In this document: one piece after another, positions 1 through 13,239 of the stretch
How positions within the stretch are numbered: the first letter of the stretch is position 1
Layout of the letters: every line of letters starts with the position of its first letter
Assembly: GCA_051362555.1 (NCBI GenBank)
Contig: CM120642.1
Coordinates: 186,001 to 250,000 of the forward strand
Direction of reading: 5' to 3'
Origin: Lingula anatina
Lineage: Eukaryota; Animalia; Brachiopoda
Length of the DNA: 64,000 nucleotides
The notes under the pieces: generated by a model
Database searches by the model: none
What the model was told of the DNA's origin: nothing
What the model saw: only the letters and a program-made list of their open reading frames with translations
Program-made: the position numbers and the translations under genes

Positions 1-76
1 GCGAAGTGCCCCCATATCTTCTGTAACCTCCTCATTTTCTTTTACCCGAATTTTACCAATAACGTCAGTAAGGACT
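1..76 (-). CDS. GBP: GBP-like gene A, coding exon 4 (cut by window edge)
   Basis: AG acceptor at 78-77; reads VLTDVIGKIRVKENEEVTEDMGALR; near-identical to 22011-22084 of copy B. Confidence 0.85.
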
Positions 77-528
77 CTAAATACAAAATAAATTCTTCTT
101 TTGTATATTTTAGAAAAGTGACCAGTGGATCTTCATCATAAACTTGCAGAATAAAAAATGTGCTACTCAAAAGAACTAAGGCAACACCCGCAATTTTAGG
201 AAAAAAAAGTTTGACCCATGTTTATTATTTGGCCAAGAAAATAATTTCTGCTTGTTTATTTACGGCGTGTGATGCTAGTAATTGACAGCCACGAGTGAGT
301 GAGGAGCGGGGAGTGTTTTGTAGAGTAAATGAGTTGATTGGCATGTTGATATGTACTTATACAACTCCATGCAATGTAAACGGAGAGAAGGCTGCTCCAG
401 ATTGAAAGAGGTAAAGAGAAAAACGAATAGAAACGGCGCGGAAATCAACTGGAAAGTGGTTCATAAATAAGATGAAAGAATAGTAAAGAGTAGTAGCTTC
501 TACCTAGCGTGACAACTTAAGATATTGA

Positions 529-583
<55 letters not shown>

Positions 584-1109
584 GTTTGACAGCACTAATC
601 TTGTCAGAAATAGAGGGAACAATCTCCGGACATAACTACACAATCAAGCACATAGTATCCGGAAAGGTGATTGGACAAACAGAAATGAAAGGTAAGAAAA
701 TTTATTTAGGAGATTATTGTTGAAAACACATTTGCAATATTTACATGACTTTATTGTAGCCAGCTACACTTTCGAATATCATCTAGTAATGTAGTTTTAC
801 AAAGGCTGAACAATGCAAACTGGACATTATCTAAACAGTTTCACCAGAGGTCAGGAATTTGTGGTGCAAAACTTCAATAGCCGATATTTGCGTTGACACT
901 GCAAAGTGTAAGACAGTACCAGAATTTGTAGTCCCTTATTCTTCATGTCGAGAAGCAAAATAAGTTTGGTTGCTACTTCCTTACATAATTTCAATAGTGC
1001 CGTCAATGTAGGAAGGAAAATAGAAAAACGACCAGAAGTCGCCTTTAAACGTTTATCCTATCAGAAAAGCACAGCAGGACTAGTGAATACATTTAAGCCC
1101 AAAACATTT

Positions 1110-1163
<54 letters not shown>

Positions 1164-1225
1164 ATATTGCAGAAAGTGATTAAAACTGCAAAACTAGTTT
1201 TTTTTTCATATTTAGTCTGATTAAA
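1..1225. repeat. Segmental duplication block, paralogous to 22011-23412
   Basis: Long near-identical runs through exon 4 and the adjacent intron; further paired blocks at ~4395-4897/~23872-24363 and ~14975-16215/~26818-28036. Confidence 0.95.
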
Positions 1226-1376
1226 ATCACATCCGCAGGTGCTTCTTGTGCTGTACGACAGGCATGGCAAAACCGGTGTCATGTACCAGAAAGTCCCCCA
1301 CGACAGAGAGTCCGCTTCCCATTCATTTGTACATGTGAGCGTCGCCCTAGATTTTGACCTACGTAGGTCAAAATAA

Positions 1377-2242
1377 AGCCTCGGTCACAACCGGACGTAC
1401 GAATTTAGGATCGTACGACCCTTGCGAATTTTGGGTGCAGTGGAGGCCGTGGAGTTCGTAGAGCTAGAGGAAAGTTTGCAATGGAAGGGCTCAAGTCTGC
1501 CTTGGGAGTCGCAGGGTCCACGTAAAAAGCAGGGACGCTAATTGCAAGATGTACTCATTTCTTGAGTTTGTCTTGCTACCTGCGTACCTGGCACGCACTC
1601 ACCATTTATGAAAAGAATGCAAGAACGGCGAAAATAATTTCCTTTTGGTTCACACTTGCCTCACACGCTTGTATTGACGCACTGACCACGTACGTCATTT
1701 ATCCTCCTGTTCCCCCTTCTTTCTTTTTCCTCCTTCCTTCTTTTCTGTTCTCTTAGCTTCTTTTCCTTGCCTTTTGGAGGTATATTAGAAGCTGATATTA
1801 GAAGCAAATTTCGAAATTTTTGAAGTGTTGTACACGAGGCACAAGCGACGTCATTTGTCGAGACACGAGCGTGCATCGTGAGCACGCCCTTTATACTCCA
1901 CTTCCGCCGTGCTCTCGAATTTGTTCGTTAGCTGCGTCGTAATCAACATGCAAAGGACAATTGCTCCTTCATTGTTTAAGACGTGCGTCTTGGACCACGC
2001 ACGACTCACTTGCATACTTCTCGCGAACTCCTTGTTAGTGCAGCAAGTTACGTTTGCGGCCTCGCTGTTCGCAGATTATTCGTAGAATCTTTTGGGCATG
2101 TCCAACATCCTCCGTACGTGCTTATGGGCTGTCTGCGAACTCCAAATTTCGCAAGAAGAGCTTGCGCGGCACGTGAGATTCTGCACAAAATTTGGGCGCA
2201 AACAGGCCGTAAGAGCCCGTACGGCCGGTTGTGACCGAGGCT
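1377..2242. mobile_element. Non-autonomous PIF/Harbinger-type element
   Basis: TIR AGCCTCGGTCACAACCGG / CCGGTTGTGACCGAGGCT; TAA target duplication at 1374-1376 and 2243-2245. Confidence 0.85.
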
Positions 2243-2347
2243 TAACCCTAACCATTATATTATATGGAGGGCGGCCTTTCTGTCACACGGACCCTCAGTT
2301 TCGTGACACTGCTCCTACAGGTGATGCAACCTGATGTAGCAATCCTG

Positions 2348-2453
2348 GGCTCCGTATCTCGAAAGGTTCGCTATGTTGCGCACGTGCGCAAGTGTCTCGA
2401 TTCCATAACCGATTCTATTTCGAGATACGGGGCCATGGAATCGAGACGCTTGC
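2348..2453. mobile_element. Left arm of palindromic Harbinger-type MITE
   Basis: Matches 53427-53533 (GGCTCCGTATCTCGAAAGGTTCGC...); preceded by CTG. Confidence 0.75.
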
Positions 2454-2924
2454 ATAATATATATATATATATATATAAACCAAACCTCAAAATGTGAAGA
2501 TACCCACTGGATATAGCTCAGTGTGCATTTGGTCCACTTTTGCAAAAAGACTAACCCGTGTGCAGTGAACCATGACAACATGAAAGCTCACCATTTTCTC
2601 AACTACCCGAGCATTAAGTCATCAATAAATACACAATGAATAATAAAAACTCCCCTACAAGTGTAATTATGCATACATTTCTACCTCAAAGCTTCCATTG
2701 ACTGTCAGTATATATTTACAAAAACAACATTCAACTACATGTTGTCGATGGGTAGCTATCGTGTATCCCCGAACTATCCCTCGTTGTCAAGAATAGTTCA
2801 CCTCAAGGGCTCCACCCGCTGGGTATGAATGTCACTCTCTGGGTCTTGATTATTGACGATAAAATTCATAATTAAACAAAAAATGCCCTTACCCACCCAG
2901 ATGTTAAACGTATTAAAATTACAA

Positions 2925-3005
2925 AAAAAAAAATAAAAAATAAAAAATAAAAAAAATAAATAATAATAATAAAATAAAATAAAAAATAAAATAAAAATAA
3001 AATAA

Positions 3006-3053
<48 letters not shown>
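2925..3053. repeat. A-rich/(TAA)n microsatellite; similar tracts at 5341-5376 and 42842-42885
   Basis: Direct reading. Confidence 0.95.
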
Positions 3054-3768
3054 GAATAAGAATAATCCAACCCTAAGAAAATCGATTTGACAACTCCTTT
3101 TAATTTCAAAATAATGATTTCCTTTGCACACACGAGGATGATAATGCGTTTCATAATAATTCTACAATGTAATTTTTGATTTAGAATTAAAGGCTAATTG
3201 TCAGGACTGAGATATCCGCAAGTAATGTCCGCAATTAATGTTTGGTTTGATCATAGAGTAGCATTGATGGAAATATTGCTTTTCGTTTTTGTATTATTTA
3301 ACAAAAGAATGTTTTATTGTGTGCTATGTCTTGACTGCAGGTATATTGTTTTTTACTTTATACGTATTTATATTGGATTCATTGGTCTATTTCAGATAAA
3401 AGACTTGTTGTTTTATAGCTGTTTCCTTGCCTTTTTTTATTATAGTTTGGAATCTGTCTTTGTATTTTTTAATGACTTCCAGAGTTGTAATATGTGATCG
3501 CAATTTGCTTGGATGTATACATAAACATGCAATGATGAACAATGGACTGAAGAATACAATTGATTTGAACAAATGGCTCTTGCTATTCATAAAACAAATT
3601 GACGGCCATGTTGAATTCTAAAAATTATCAATGTTTCGTACGTATCAACTGGCAAAGAAAGTCAAGTTTAATAAGCCTTTCTAAGTTTTGAAGTCAAGAT
3701 GAAATAAATTCTTTTAAAAAGCTTTCAAAATATAACAATAAAAGTACAATGAAATATATTTATATAAC

Positions 3769-4348
3769 AATAAAGGGTACCGGAGGAGACCAGAATTGAT
3801 CAGAATTGTGCCGGAAGTGTGATGTCATGTGACGTCAAGTGGTGTAGGACGCGAAGCTGAGTGGTCATTTTAGCAGGAGGTGAACGGGAGTAAATACGTG
3901 GACTCGGAAAAAAAGCAGTTTTTCTAACAACACAAACCATAAAACACCCCAAAAATACTTAGATATGGACATAACAGATTGCATACATGCAAAAATACAA
4001 CATGACAATTCCCTCTCGGGAATTCTCTCGGGAATTCTTTTCCTTTGACGCTTTTGTCGCGCTGGCGGTTGATGAAGCATATATTTCAAAACAAATTGGC
4101 TGCCAATTAAGCACTCATTTTCACCCTTAAGTTTTGTGGCATGTTTTCATATCATGCTCATTATTTCTACAAGTATTCTCTGCCCCAAATGCATAAAGAT
4201 AAAATGTTATCTTAACGGTGCTTTTTTTCTCTATGCCCAGGTCTTAATTCTCCTTCACCTCCAGCTAAAAATGACCACTCAGCTTTACGTCTCAAACCAC
4301 TACACGTCACTTCCGGCACAATTCTGGTCTCCTCCGGTACCCCTTATT
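3769..4348. mobile_element. MITE with long imperfect TIRs
   Basis: GGGTACCGGAGGAGACCAGAATTG...AGCTGAGTGGTCATTTT mirrored at ~4230-4348; superfamily not assigned. Confidence 0.8.
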
Positions 4349-4613
4349 ACAGTACAATTTCAGATCAGAGATGATCTGACGTAGTCTTAAAGGTTAACCA
4401 GTCTGGACTTCACCATCTTTGCCAGAGTTGCATTGGTGAAATGTGGGGATGAAGACTGTGGGTAAGTACAATACTCTTTTTCAGCCGTAGCAGTAAGCTA
4501 TAATATGCCTGTATTCAAAATCATTTGTAAAATATTCTATGCTGTGTGTTCGATGATGAATTATACTGTGTACTCAACGACAAACATTCATTTATGAATA
4601 AAGGAATTCTTAC

Positions 4614-4734
4614 TTGAGTTCTACTAGGTCTTTCTTCCTTGGTACTTTCATTGTGTTATAAATCAGCTGTGACGTAAGCAGCACCATCATCACCAGTAGA
4701 CCGCCATGATCAGCGTATTTGGGATTAACGGCAT
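4614..4734 (-). CDS. GBP: GBP-like gene A, coding exon 3
   Basis: 121-bp AG/GTAAG-bounded exon, phase 1 to 2; (D)AVNPKYADHGGLLVMMVLLTSLLIYNTMKVPRKKDLVEL matches the GBP segment after G3 (hGBP1 IFALAVLLSSTFVYNS). Confidence 0.9.
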
Positions 4735-5004
4735 CTGTCAAAAAAAATTCTTATTGGAAATACATGTATCTTCTAATAGTTGGGTAGAATAATTTAGTGA
4801 CAGATACTAAGAACCTGCACAATTGGTATGAAATTTTCAGCTTTCGGCAGAGTGGCAAACAGCAAATGTTAAACCACCGGGTCAGTCACGTATAACCTCT
4901 TATCCTCGATAAAACCTTCCTTCAAATTCAGGGGAAAAAACAAATGCTAAAATGGGTCAAATGGATTGTTGGAAGGAGTTTTATATGTACAACTGTTACT
5001 ATTA

Positions 5005-5156
5005 CAGGCCTAACCAACTACCAGACTGATACTCTGTAATGGTGGCTGATACTCTGTAATGCGATCTGACACACACCTTGAAAACGGGTAGTGTGGTCTG
5101 ATATACCGGTTTATTCTGGATCCGTAGGTGCCGAGTCTGGTAGTTGGGTAGGCCTG
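5005..5156. mobile_element. Small MITE
   Basis: TIR CAGGCCTAACCAACTACCAGACT / AGTCTGGTAGTTGGGTAGGCCTG; TATTA on both flanks. Confidence 0.75.
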
Positions 5157-5340
5157 TATTAGCAATGGGAAACTGTACACGGGATCAAAAAGAAGCATGA
5201 CTGACATGATACTGAAGATGTAAAATAGACAATACAAAACACAGTCAAGTAGTTTTGAGGCCCAGTTATGCTCGCATTACTTAACATAAGGGTGGCATGA
5301 AAGTGGCTGCAGTGTATACTTGCGAATAGAGGGCGTCACC

Positions 5341-5378
<38 letters not shown>

Positions 5379-8300
5379 TATTTATTTCAAGTTTAAAATC
5401 CATAAAATGTTCAATAGCCTGTACAACATAAAATACAAAGAAGTTTATAGATAAAAATGATTAAGATATATACTATATAGATCAAAGCTAGACTAAATTG
5501 TAGTAAACAAAATAGTAATTAAAAGTAAAAAATCCAAGGTTTCTTTAAAGTAAAATTTAAAAATTCATGAATAAAATGTCTTAAAAATGTGAGTTTTTAA
5601 TTCCTTTTAAAAGATTCTTGTGATTCTATTCGTCTAATAAAAATTGGTACCGTACTAGGATTTAGAATGTGTACATTTTTTCCGTGGACCATTTGAAGAT
5701 TACACTGCGATTAATGCGGTGGAAAATACAAAAGAGAGAGTGTATAATGATAGGGTCGCTAAACGATTGTTGACGGCATATAGTAACTAGCCTAATCCCC
5801 TGGTCGCCTGGGTAGCCACGCCCCCTTAGAGTACTTATGTAAACAAAAGGTCTCCCGTAGCGAACTATCCTTTTGTTCAACAGCTTCGCGCGTGCAGCTG
5901 ATTGTATGTAGTGACACTATAGCTACCGTAACTGCATATAAATTTGTGCTAGCTGTTATTTGATTCATTCTGCTGTGTCGGATGTTGTGGATCAGCCCAC
6001 TGGTTCGTTGACTTATGTTTTTCTGAAGATTGGTGGTGCAGATTTTGAGTGCTTAATTATTTGCCCTCCTTCTAACAAGAGAAAGGGGAAGGGAGATAAA
6101 AAGAGAGAGTGTCAAATGAAACGGGTAATGAGTAATACATTACATTAAATAAAGGGATTCGCGGTGGAAGAAACGATAGACTGTTTTGCATCAAGGTATG
6201 CCATTATAATCTGACATGGCCCCTAACATGATCCATAACATGACTCATTGTTGTATGCCTTATATTTGTGCCGACTTATATTTTACTCTCGTTCATTTCG
6301 TGAAACAATTTCCTTGAATAAAGTTTTGCCTGTATAAATTAACTTTGTGACATGAAGTAATTAATAAAACGCGCCTGTTGAAAAGGGGGCTTTTCGTAAC
6401 TAATAAAGGTTCACTATTCAGAAAAATATCGTCGCCGTTCGTCGCCGCTACCTTCAGGAAAGCGTACCCTCCGCGTGGATCACCGGCATTTTTGATTATC
6501 TGACAAATTAGGGCAATTTACGTTTTAGCTAATAATTCTGAATTTACTAATATTTTGGACTAAATTCGATGTCAGATTCATAGCAATGACGGAGAGCCGC
6601 CAGAGTAACTGTTTAATTTTCTAAACTAATCAAACTAGAACGCGTGGCGATAAAATGTGTCGCTAGATCTTGTAAACACTCAGCGAAATGCACCTAGTGA
6701 CTATATTCAATGTGCCGTCACTTAATTGCTTTCTCGATTTCATTAATTGACGATAGTAATTGCAGATAACAAGGAAGAGGAAATGCTGAAGACAAAACAA
6801 CGTTGGGTCTTTGTGTGACTTTCTCCCTAAACACTTTTTATGATGCTGTCAAAGAAAAAGGAGTCTAGATAGCGATTATTTAAACCACTGCTGCTGCTTT
6901 TGCAGGTAGACTTCCTCGTTTATCATTTAAATGCCCCCCTCCCCCAGCAGACCCAACTTGATGCATGTACGTCTTGGTAGCTATAGTACAGATCTTGGTT
7001 CAAGTGATGAAATTTGAGGCTATTTTTTCATTCAAGACAAAATAAAGTATCTATGGTGTGTGACAATAGGGACTTTACAAAGCTTAATTTGTCCTTAAAT
7101 ATATATTCCAGTAGCATAGGCGAGCGACGTAATTGTAACCTCAACTTGAGGTATCCTCGATGAAAGCGGAGTAAAAAAATTAACTTTTTTAAATATCGAT
7201 AACAACATGCTGTACAATGATATTGAGACTAAAGGGTTTAATGGACTTCTTTGCCTTAAAAGCAATTCATTTCAAAATTAAAAGAAACGGGGAGCGCGGG
7301 TAGACAGTTTACGTCAGGTGATTCGTTTAAGTCGAGGAGTGTTTCACTATCAAATGTGTAAATCATATATGTCATAAAACTCTATAAGAAAGTTTTTTGT
7401 TACGATCTGCAACATTTGTTCATTTATATAGCAGGGCGAAGTTAAAGCCAGAGGTAAATAGAACCTAATACCGTAATCCTCCTCGTCCATTTATTTAAAT
7501 CGTACCAAAACGTTTGATACACAATGTTCATTAAATTCATAATTTTGGCGATTTATTAAAACCATATTGGTACATAAAAGTTTAAGATTAGCATAAGTTA
7601 AGCAACAACCAGTATGAAGAACAACAACCTTTTTAAATGAGGTAAGACACCCTCTTCACACTGATTATAACCCTGAGAAAGACATTATGCAACTTAAGGC
7701 AAAGGAGTTATGCAAAGTTTCTTTCAACTCGTGTGTGAATACAACACATTCTTTGTCACTTTTACAAGACAATAGAGGTGAGCAAGTAGAGTAATTACAA
7801 TATACAATAAAAAGGACATTAGTATAGAAAGCTTACTTCGGGTCAGCCCTTTGCTTGTTCGAATGAAAGAGATAGATATCGCGCCGCGACTCCCTTTATT
7901 AAACCTTCGTGTGTTTGTGGAAAAGTGTGAAAGACAGGCAACGGTCTTTAGTCGCTGTTGATATTGTTCGCGATTAATATTGAAGTATAACTCCTTCGCC
8001 TGCATGTAAACGTGTTACTTTTCCTCATGTTCTCTATATTTCTTTTAGGTGGTTGAGACAATGGGATGAGATCGATAAAAGTAAAGGTTAATCTAAACAA
8101 TTAGATGCGATTTTTGTGAAATGACTTATTACGTGATGTGCATGTACCTAGCATGTTTAAATTCTTGAATTTCTAATTTGTTAAATCTTTCATACACGGC
8201 CTCATATATGTATTACTCTCAGGCCTTCGATATTATTGTGTTACACGGGACTCCTGGAAACCTGAAGCACATGTCTACGGAGTCTTGTTATCCTTCATGC

Positions 8301-10025
8301 AGTTTTATGGCTGGGATGAACACTGTGAAGTAGAAACAGGCTTTACTTAGCTTTACTTGATGCACGACAGTTTAAACAAAACCAGTCTGCAAGGCTTGCT
8401 TTGATTTGGCGTTAACCTTAGACTGGTTTTAAAAGAACAAATATAAATATGTTCGATGGATTAAATGCCGGCTTCGTTATATTTTAACTAAATGCGTTCA
8501 TTTGCACAGTTACACAGATAATATTTTTAAGTTGTCTGTCGTTCAGCACGCATTATAGGCGAGTAGCTAAATAGTGACGGTGATCAATCCAAGCTCAATC
8601 TTGGCAAGTATCGTTTACAAAATAGATCATGTTGAATAAACTTAATTACGCATTAATACATAATCAGGGAACGCACGGTTCGGTTATTGTCACTTGAAAG
8701 CTTTCGATCAAAGACGTTCAATGAAATCACAAATCATTTGACGATTAAAAAATGGACATGTTCAAGGGGCAGTTTTTGTTTCAGCTAAAGGGACTTCAGG
8801 TTCAGGTAGAGGGTTCAGTTACGTGTTTCATCGGATGATAGTATCACGCCCTAGGTCTAAGCGAGTTGAATAGAAGCTTTTTATCCAAACATCCTACTCC
8901 TAACTACTGAGTTAGGACAAAGGTCTAGTAACATGCACTGTGCAATTGCTATTAATGGATCAGAGGCATACTTGATTGTTTTTCCTCTGGTGTCGCACGT
9001 ATGCATCCTTTCTTGAGTGATCTAAAACAAGTCGCTAGTACTGGTACTGTACCATGTTTCTCACTGTAGCAAAATATGTTCGACATGGTGTTTCTGAACG
9101 GCAGCCGGAGACACAGTAATTGTATAGGCATGCTTTAAGCTTGTTCGAGAGATAATAACAGTCGGGTTTAACAATAGATAGCGAGCTATAGTAAGACCCC
9201 CTCCTCTTTAACTGATGATTTACACTTTTAATTGACCGTACTTTCGTATATTGTATGATCATAGAGCCAGACTTCCCCCTGTTGCACGTTGTAGATGGAT
9301 TGTCATTGCGCCTATGTCAATGCACCTCATTTAATTTCAATATTATAATATAAGCATAATATAAGTAATATGTTATTTCCTTATTCCTCTTTCATTATCA
9401 TTCATGTTTTATAAATACTTGAACGCTTGAATGCAGATATTTCAAATTAAAACGTAAGTACATTAATAAATTATACATTTATAAATAAATGCAATAGGAA
9501 TTTTTTGAGACAGATTGATGCTGACGCTCATGCATTTCAACCAAACAAACAATAATTAGTTCAATTTTTGACTGCGGAAATTTCACATAAGATGAAATAA
9601 CTGATAACAAATTTAACTAGCAGTTTGTTAGCAACACTATAAACCAGCTGCGCGTGCCAAACTAGTGAACAAAAGGACAGTTCGATTCGCGTGGCACGCC
9701 TTAGCATGGGTTTAGCCTCTTCAAGCTATAATCCTATCGCCGCAACAAACAATAGGGACCTTCTGGCTGATGTATCCTGCTGTTAATTACACTTGCAGCG
9801 GATTGTCACGCTCGCGCTGGGCCACAGAAACCGGCGTCATGGGGTTCACTCGTATTAAGTATTGTGTTATTCCACCTAAGCTATTGTGTTTGTGCGTTCG
9901 AATTATGAAGGGATTTATACGGCCCTCCATTGTTTGTCCGCCCCCTTCTATTCACAAGATAGGGATTAAAACATTTCGAACGTTGTTACACCGGTGTACA
10001 ACGGAAACAAAATTATTCCGACCAC

Positions 10026-10228
10026 TGTAACTTATTCCATTTTACCGGTGCAGCTACACAAAATGTTATGACACCATATGTTTTTAACTTTGATTTGGGA
10101 ACTTTCAGTAAAAGTTTGTCACCAGACCTCAGGGATCTTTGAGGACTATAATGTTTGACCAGATCAATTATATATGGTGGAGCTAGGTTATAAAAAGCAG
10201 CATGTGTAAAAACTAAAATCTTAAATAA
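10026..10228 (-). mobile_element. L2/CR1-group LINE ORF2 C-terminal fragment
   Basis: FKILVFTHAAFYNLAPPYIIDLVKHYSPQRSLRS...TYG..TFCVAAPVKWNKL, the typical L2 ORF2 end. Confidence 0.8.
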
Positions 10229-11292
10229 CCTACTGGTATGAGCTGCCCACAGCTTTTGTGGATCAGTGGAGAATTTGCTATTTTTGTGAGCTGACGTTCT
10301 TTTCACTTTTTTCATTTCGGTGTCGGTCGCGCTTCCTTTACAATTTTGTAGAGAGTAAGTATTTTCTTTCTAGAATTACAACTTGAAACATTGATTGTGA
10401 ATTGTTTTACAATTCATGAAGGGCGTTTGAACCACGTGCATTTTTTCTTCAATTATTAGTTGTAAATGTTTATATGTTAATTCATGAACATAGAAATTAT
10501 ATACTGATCTTATAGTATCTTTCCATGTCAAATTCGTTTACTTCACATCTTTCCCAATCATCTGATTGATATTTCCTGTCTACCACTGCTTCCATTAATC
10601 TTTGACACCATAATGTTCATTTATAAATTTTGTAAATTGTAAATGGTAACAAGTAACATTTGTGAAATTTATTTCACTGAAAAGAAAAATCCTATGGCTA
10701 CCTATGAATTTATGATATACTTATAACTTGTGTTTTGCTTATATTTAGTACTGGAAAGCTGTATTTAAATGTGGTGCGTATTTATTTACTTTATATATGT
10801 TTTAATGGTATTCACTATTATTTAGGGTGTGCGTGCATAAATTTACAAATAATGCATGACTGCAGTGGCGGATTTAAAGGTGACTGTTCAGCTGTTTATT
10901 CTGATTTTCAACCCCTAGATCTGTTTTCTTGTGTCATTTTTAAACCCCCATGAATGACTTTGTACAGTTAGATGTTCAGTCTCGTTGCGTCCTGTAGGTA
11001 ATAGTGCACTTGCACTGAAGTTTGTTCCAGTACATTATGGAGTTGTCCCATATATTAGAAAGGTTCACTGTGCTCTAGGAACATAGAACGTTCACTGCTC
11101 TTTTACAGTATAAAAATCATAAATCAAAAATTGTTCTTTTTAAGTTTTAGAGAGAAAAGAGGAGATTAAGATGAGAGAATTCTGATTGGTCAGTTTCTAG
11201 TGACGTACCAGCGTAGTAGCCTCCGACAGCTGAAGTAACAGTATAGCCGTGTATAGATAGGTGACTAAACATCCATGTGTCATTAAAACAAA

Positions 11293-11574
11293 ATACCGCA
11301 AGGTTGTGTTGCACCTGGGTGCCGTAATCTAGGTTACGATAAGAAAGACATCTGCTATTTTGTCCTACCTGCAGATGCCGAAAAACGTAAAATTTGGCTC
11401 AATTCTCTGAAGTTAAAAAATCCAAACACATTGTCAAAACACGCGAGGATCTGTGGCGACCACTTCGAGCCCGAATGCTTCTTACGTGACCTGCGAGCTG
11501 AATTGTGTGGTGGAAAAGCACGAAAAAAACTAAGAGGTGATGCTGTACCCAGTATATTCAAAATACGACAGTAA
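11293..11574 (+). pseudogene. THAP zinc-finger domain frame lacking ATG (transposon-derived)
   Basis: IPQGCVAPGCRN...FVLPADAEKRKIWLNSL...RICGDHFEPECF...LRGDAVPSIF*: C2CH signature, P/W/F residues and AVPxIF box; ATA where ATG is expected. Confidence 0.85.
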
Positions 11575-13070
11575 ATTTCAACAAAGCTTGTCTCCCTGCG
11601 CACAACTGAATTCTTGAAGAAAGACCGGTCAGGCTGATTTAACGGTTTAATGGATGGTGATATTGACTTTGTTTTGGAGTAAAAGGCAGCAACAATAGCT
11701 AAAAGTTGTGGCTTTTCTCTTTTTAAGTTAATATATGAAAGTATTGTAAAAAGCCTCACGTCATGTGTGCAAAAACTTGCATGACAAACATAAAACAATG
11801 CTCACTGTAACTAACGCAAATTATTCCAATATGGTTTTGTGACAACGAGACAGGAATGTGAATTGACCGAAAATAATATTTTTTTATACCCCCCTTAAAA
11901 CACTGTTGCTTGCTGTTTTCTTAATTTTATTATTATCATTATGATTTAAGATAAGATTTGTGATGGTGTATATGAAGGCCTATGTGTATGAATTCTGAAA
12001 AAAAGTTTTGCTTATGTACTGGTATGGGTGGGCCTACGCTCACATTTGGTTTTTGTCGCCGCTGTATACATATATTTTACCTGTCGGTGGAAGTGAGGAT
12101 CGAGACAGAAGACAGAGACAAGGCATCTACACTGAAAGGCACAAAGCATTGCAGTATGCAGAAAAATGAAAAATGAAGTTAAAGATTTATTCGAGATTTC
12201 TAATTTTTCTAAATGTCTGGTGACAGAAAGTGACAGGTTTGGCTTTTTATTTATTTATTTATATTATTTTTGTAAATCACAGAAAAATTTTAATTCATGC
12301 TTTGATTATACGGGGGACTTATCTTCGTAATGAAAATTTTAAATATAACAACGGTTCTGTTTAAAATCCGCACACTACTAACACTAAAAATTAGGGGTGT
12401 TACGAGATGCACCCTTTATTAAACTGAAACTTACTGTCCTCAATTCTGAGTACATTTTTTCACTATGCCTGCATGGAAACGAAGGATTTGCAAATTAATT
12501 TCTATGAAAAGGAAAGTTTGGCGTAGTCAAACGATATTTTATGGCGACAACAATCTCCAGAGCTTATTTACGCACATGCGCATTCTGCACATGCTCAATT
12601 CTACCTAGAGGGGTGGTCCCGATTGAGGCACATGTTGCTACTTATACATTGCGCTTGGGCACCAGTCAAGGTTATGGCCTCTTTGCAACCCCACAAACGG
12701 AATTTGTGCAAAATTGCTTGAAAATGATAACATTTGCTGACTCGTCTCATCATTATTTTTAGGATAATGAGTCTTAGTTAATATTTCATATTTAATTTTT
12801 ATCCCTAAGGCCATAACATTTAATGCAGGCAACAATTTGCCACATCGTTATTATAGTTAAAATTATTAGGATAGTGAGTTTATTTAATAAAAGCGGCCTT
12901 GTTTGGCCAAATCACGAACACCCGATAGTCTTTGTTGCATTCTTTTTTGCTATGAACGGGAATATGCAAGTTTGTGATGCACTGGGATGGAGGAGACATA
13001 AATGACGTTTTACGTGTTTTGTGTATATATTGATGCACCTTGAAAGATCTACATTATAGTTGTTAAATAC

Positions 13071-13108
13071 AATCCGAGCTTTCGGCCCCTGGGCCTTCTT
13101 CGGGGATT
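13071..13108 (-). ncRNA. Minimal type I hammerhead ribozyme of a Penelope-like element (U4C variant)
   Basis: AATCC-CCGAAGA-A-GGCCCAGGGGCC-GAAA-GC-TC-GGATT: stem I AATCC/GGATT, stem II GGCC/GGCC, minimal stem III; about 130 bp after the GIY-YIG stop. Confidence 0.7.
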
Positions 13109-13239
13109 ATGAACAAAAAGTAAAAAAAAAATCAAACTCCTAGGATATGTGACGTCGGTGATGTGTTGAAGACATGCGATGGCCCAAAAGCGTGCTATAC
13201 GTAAACAACGTCAAAATTACGTAACAAAGAAAAAAAAAA

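Noticed and set aside
1287-1299. 13-bp match CAGAAAGTCCCCC near both Harbinger-type copies (also 24758)
   Set aside because: Different distances from the elements and no extended similarity
945-3154. Poly-K, poly-F, poly-L and poly-I ORFs (also poly-Y at 42654, poly-F at 52199)
   Set aside because: Translations of homopolymers and microsatellites
11355-11798. 147-aa minus-strand ORF; likewise 44994-45338, 50254-50619 and 60664-60903
   Set aside because: Antisense shadows of the THAP, BEL, gag and Harbinger frames
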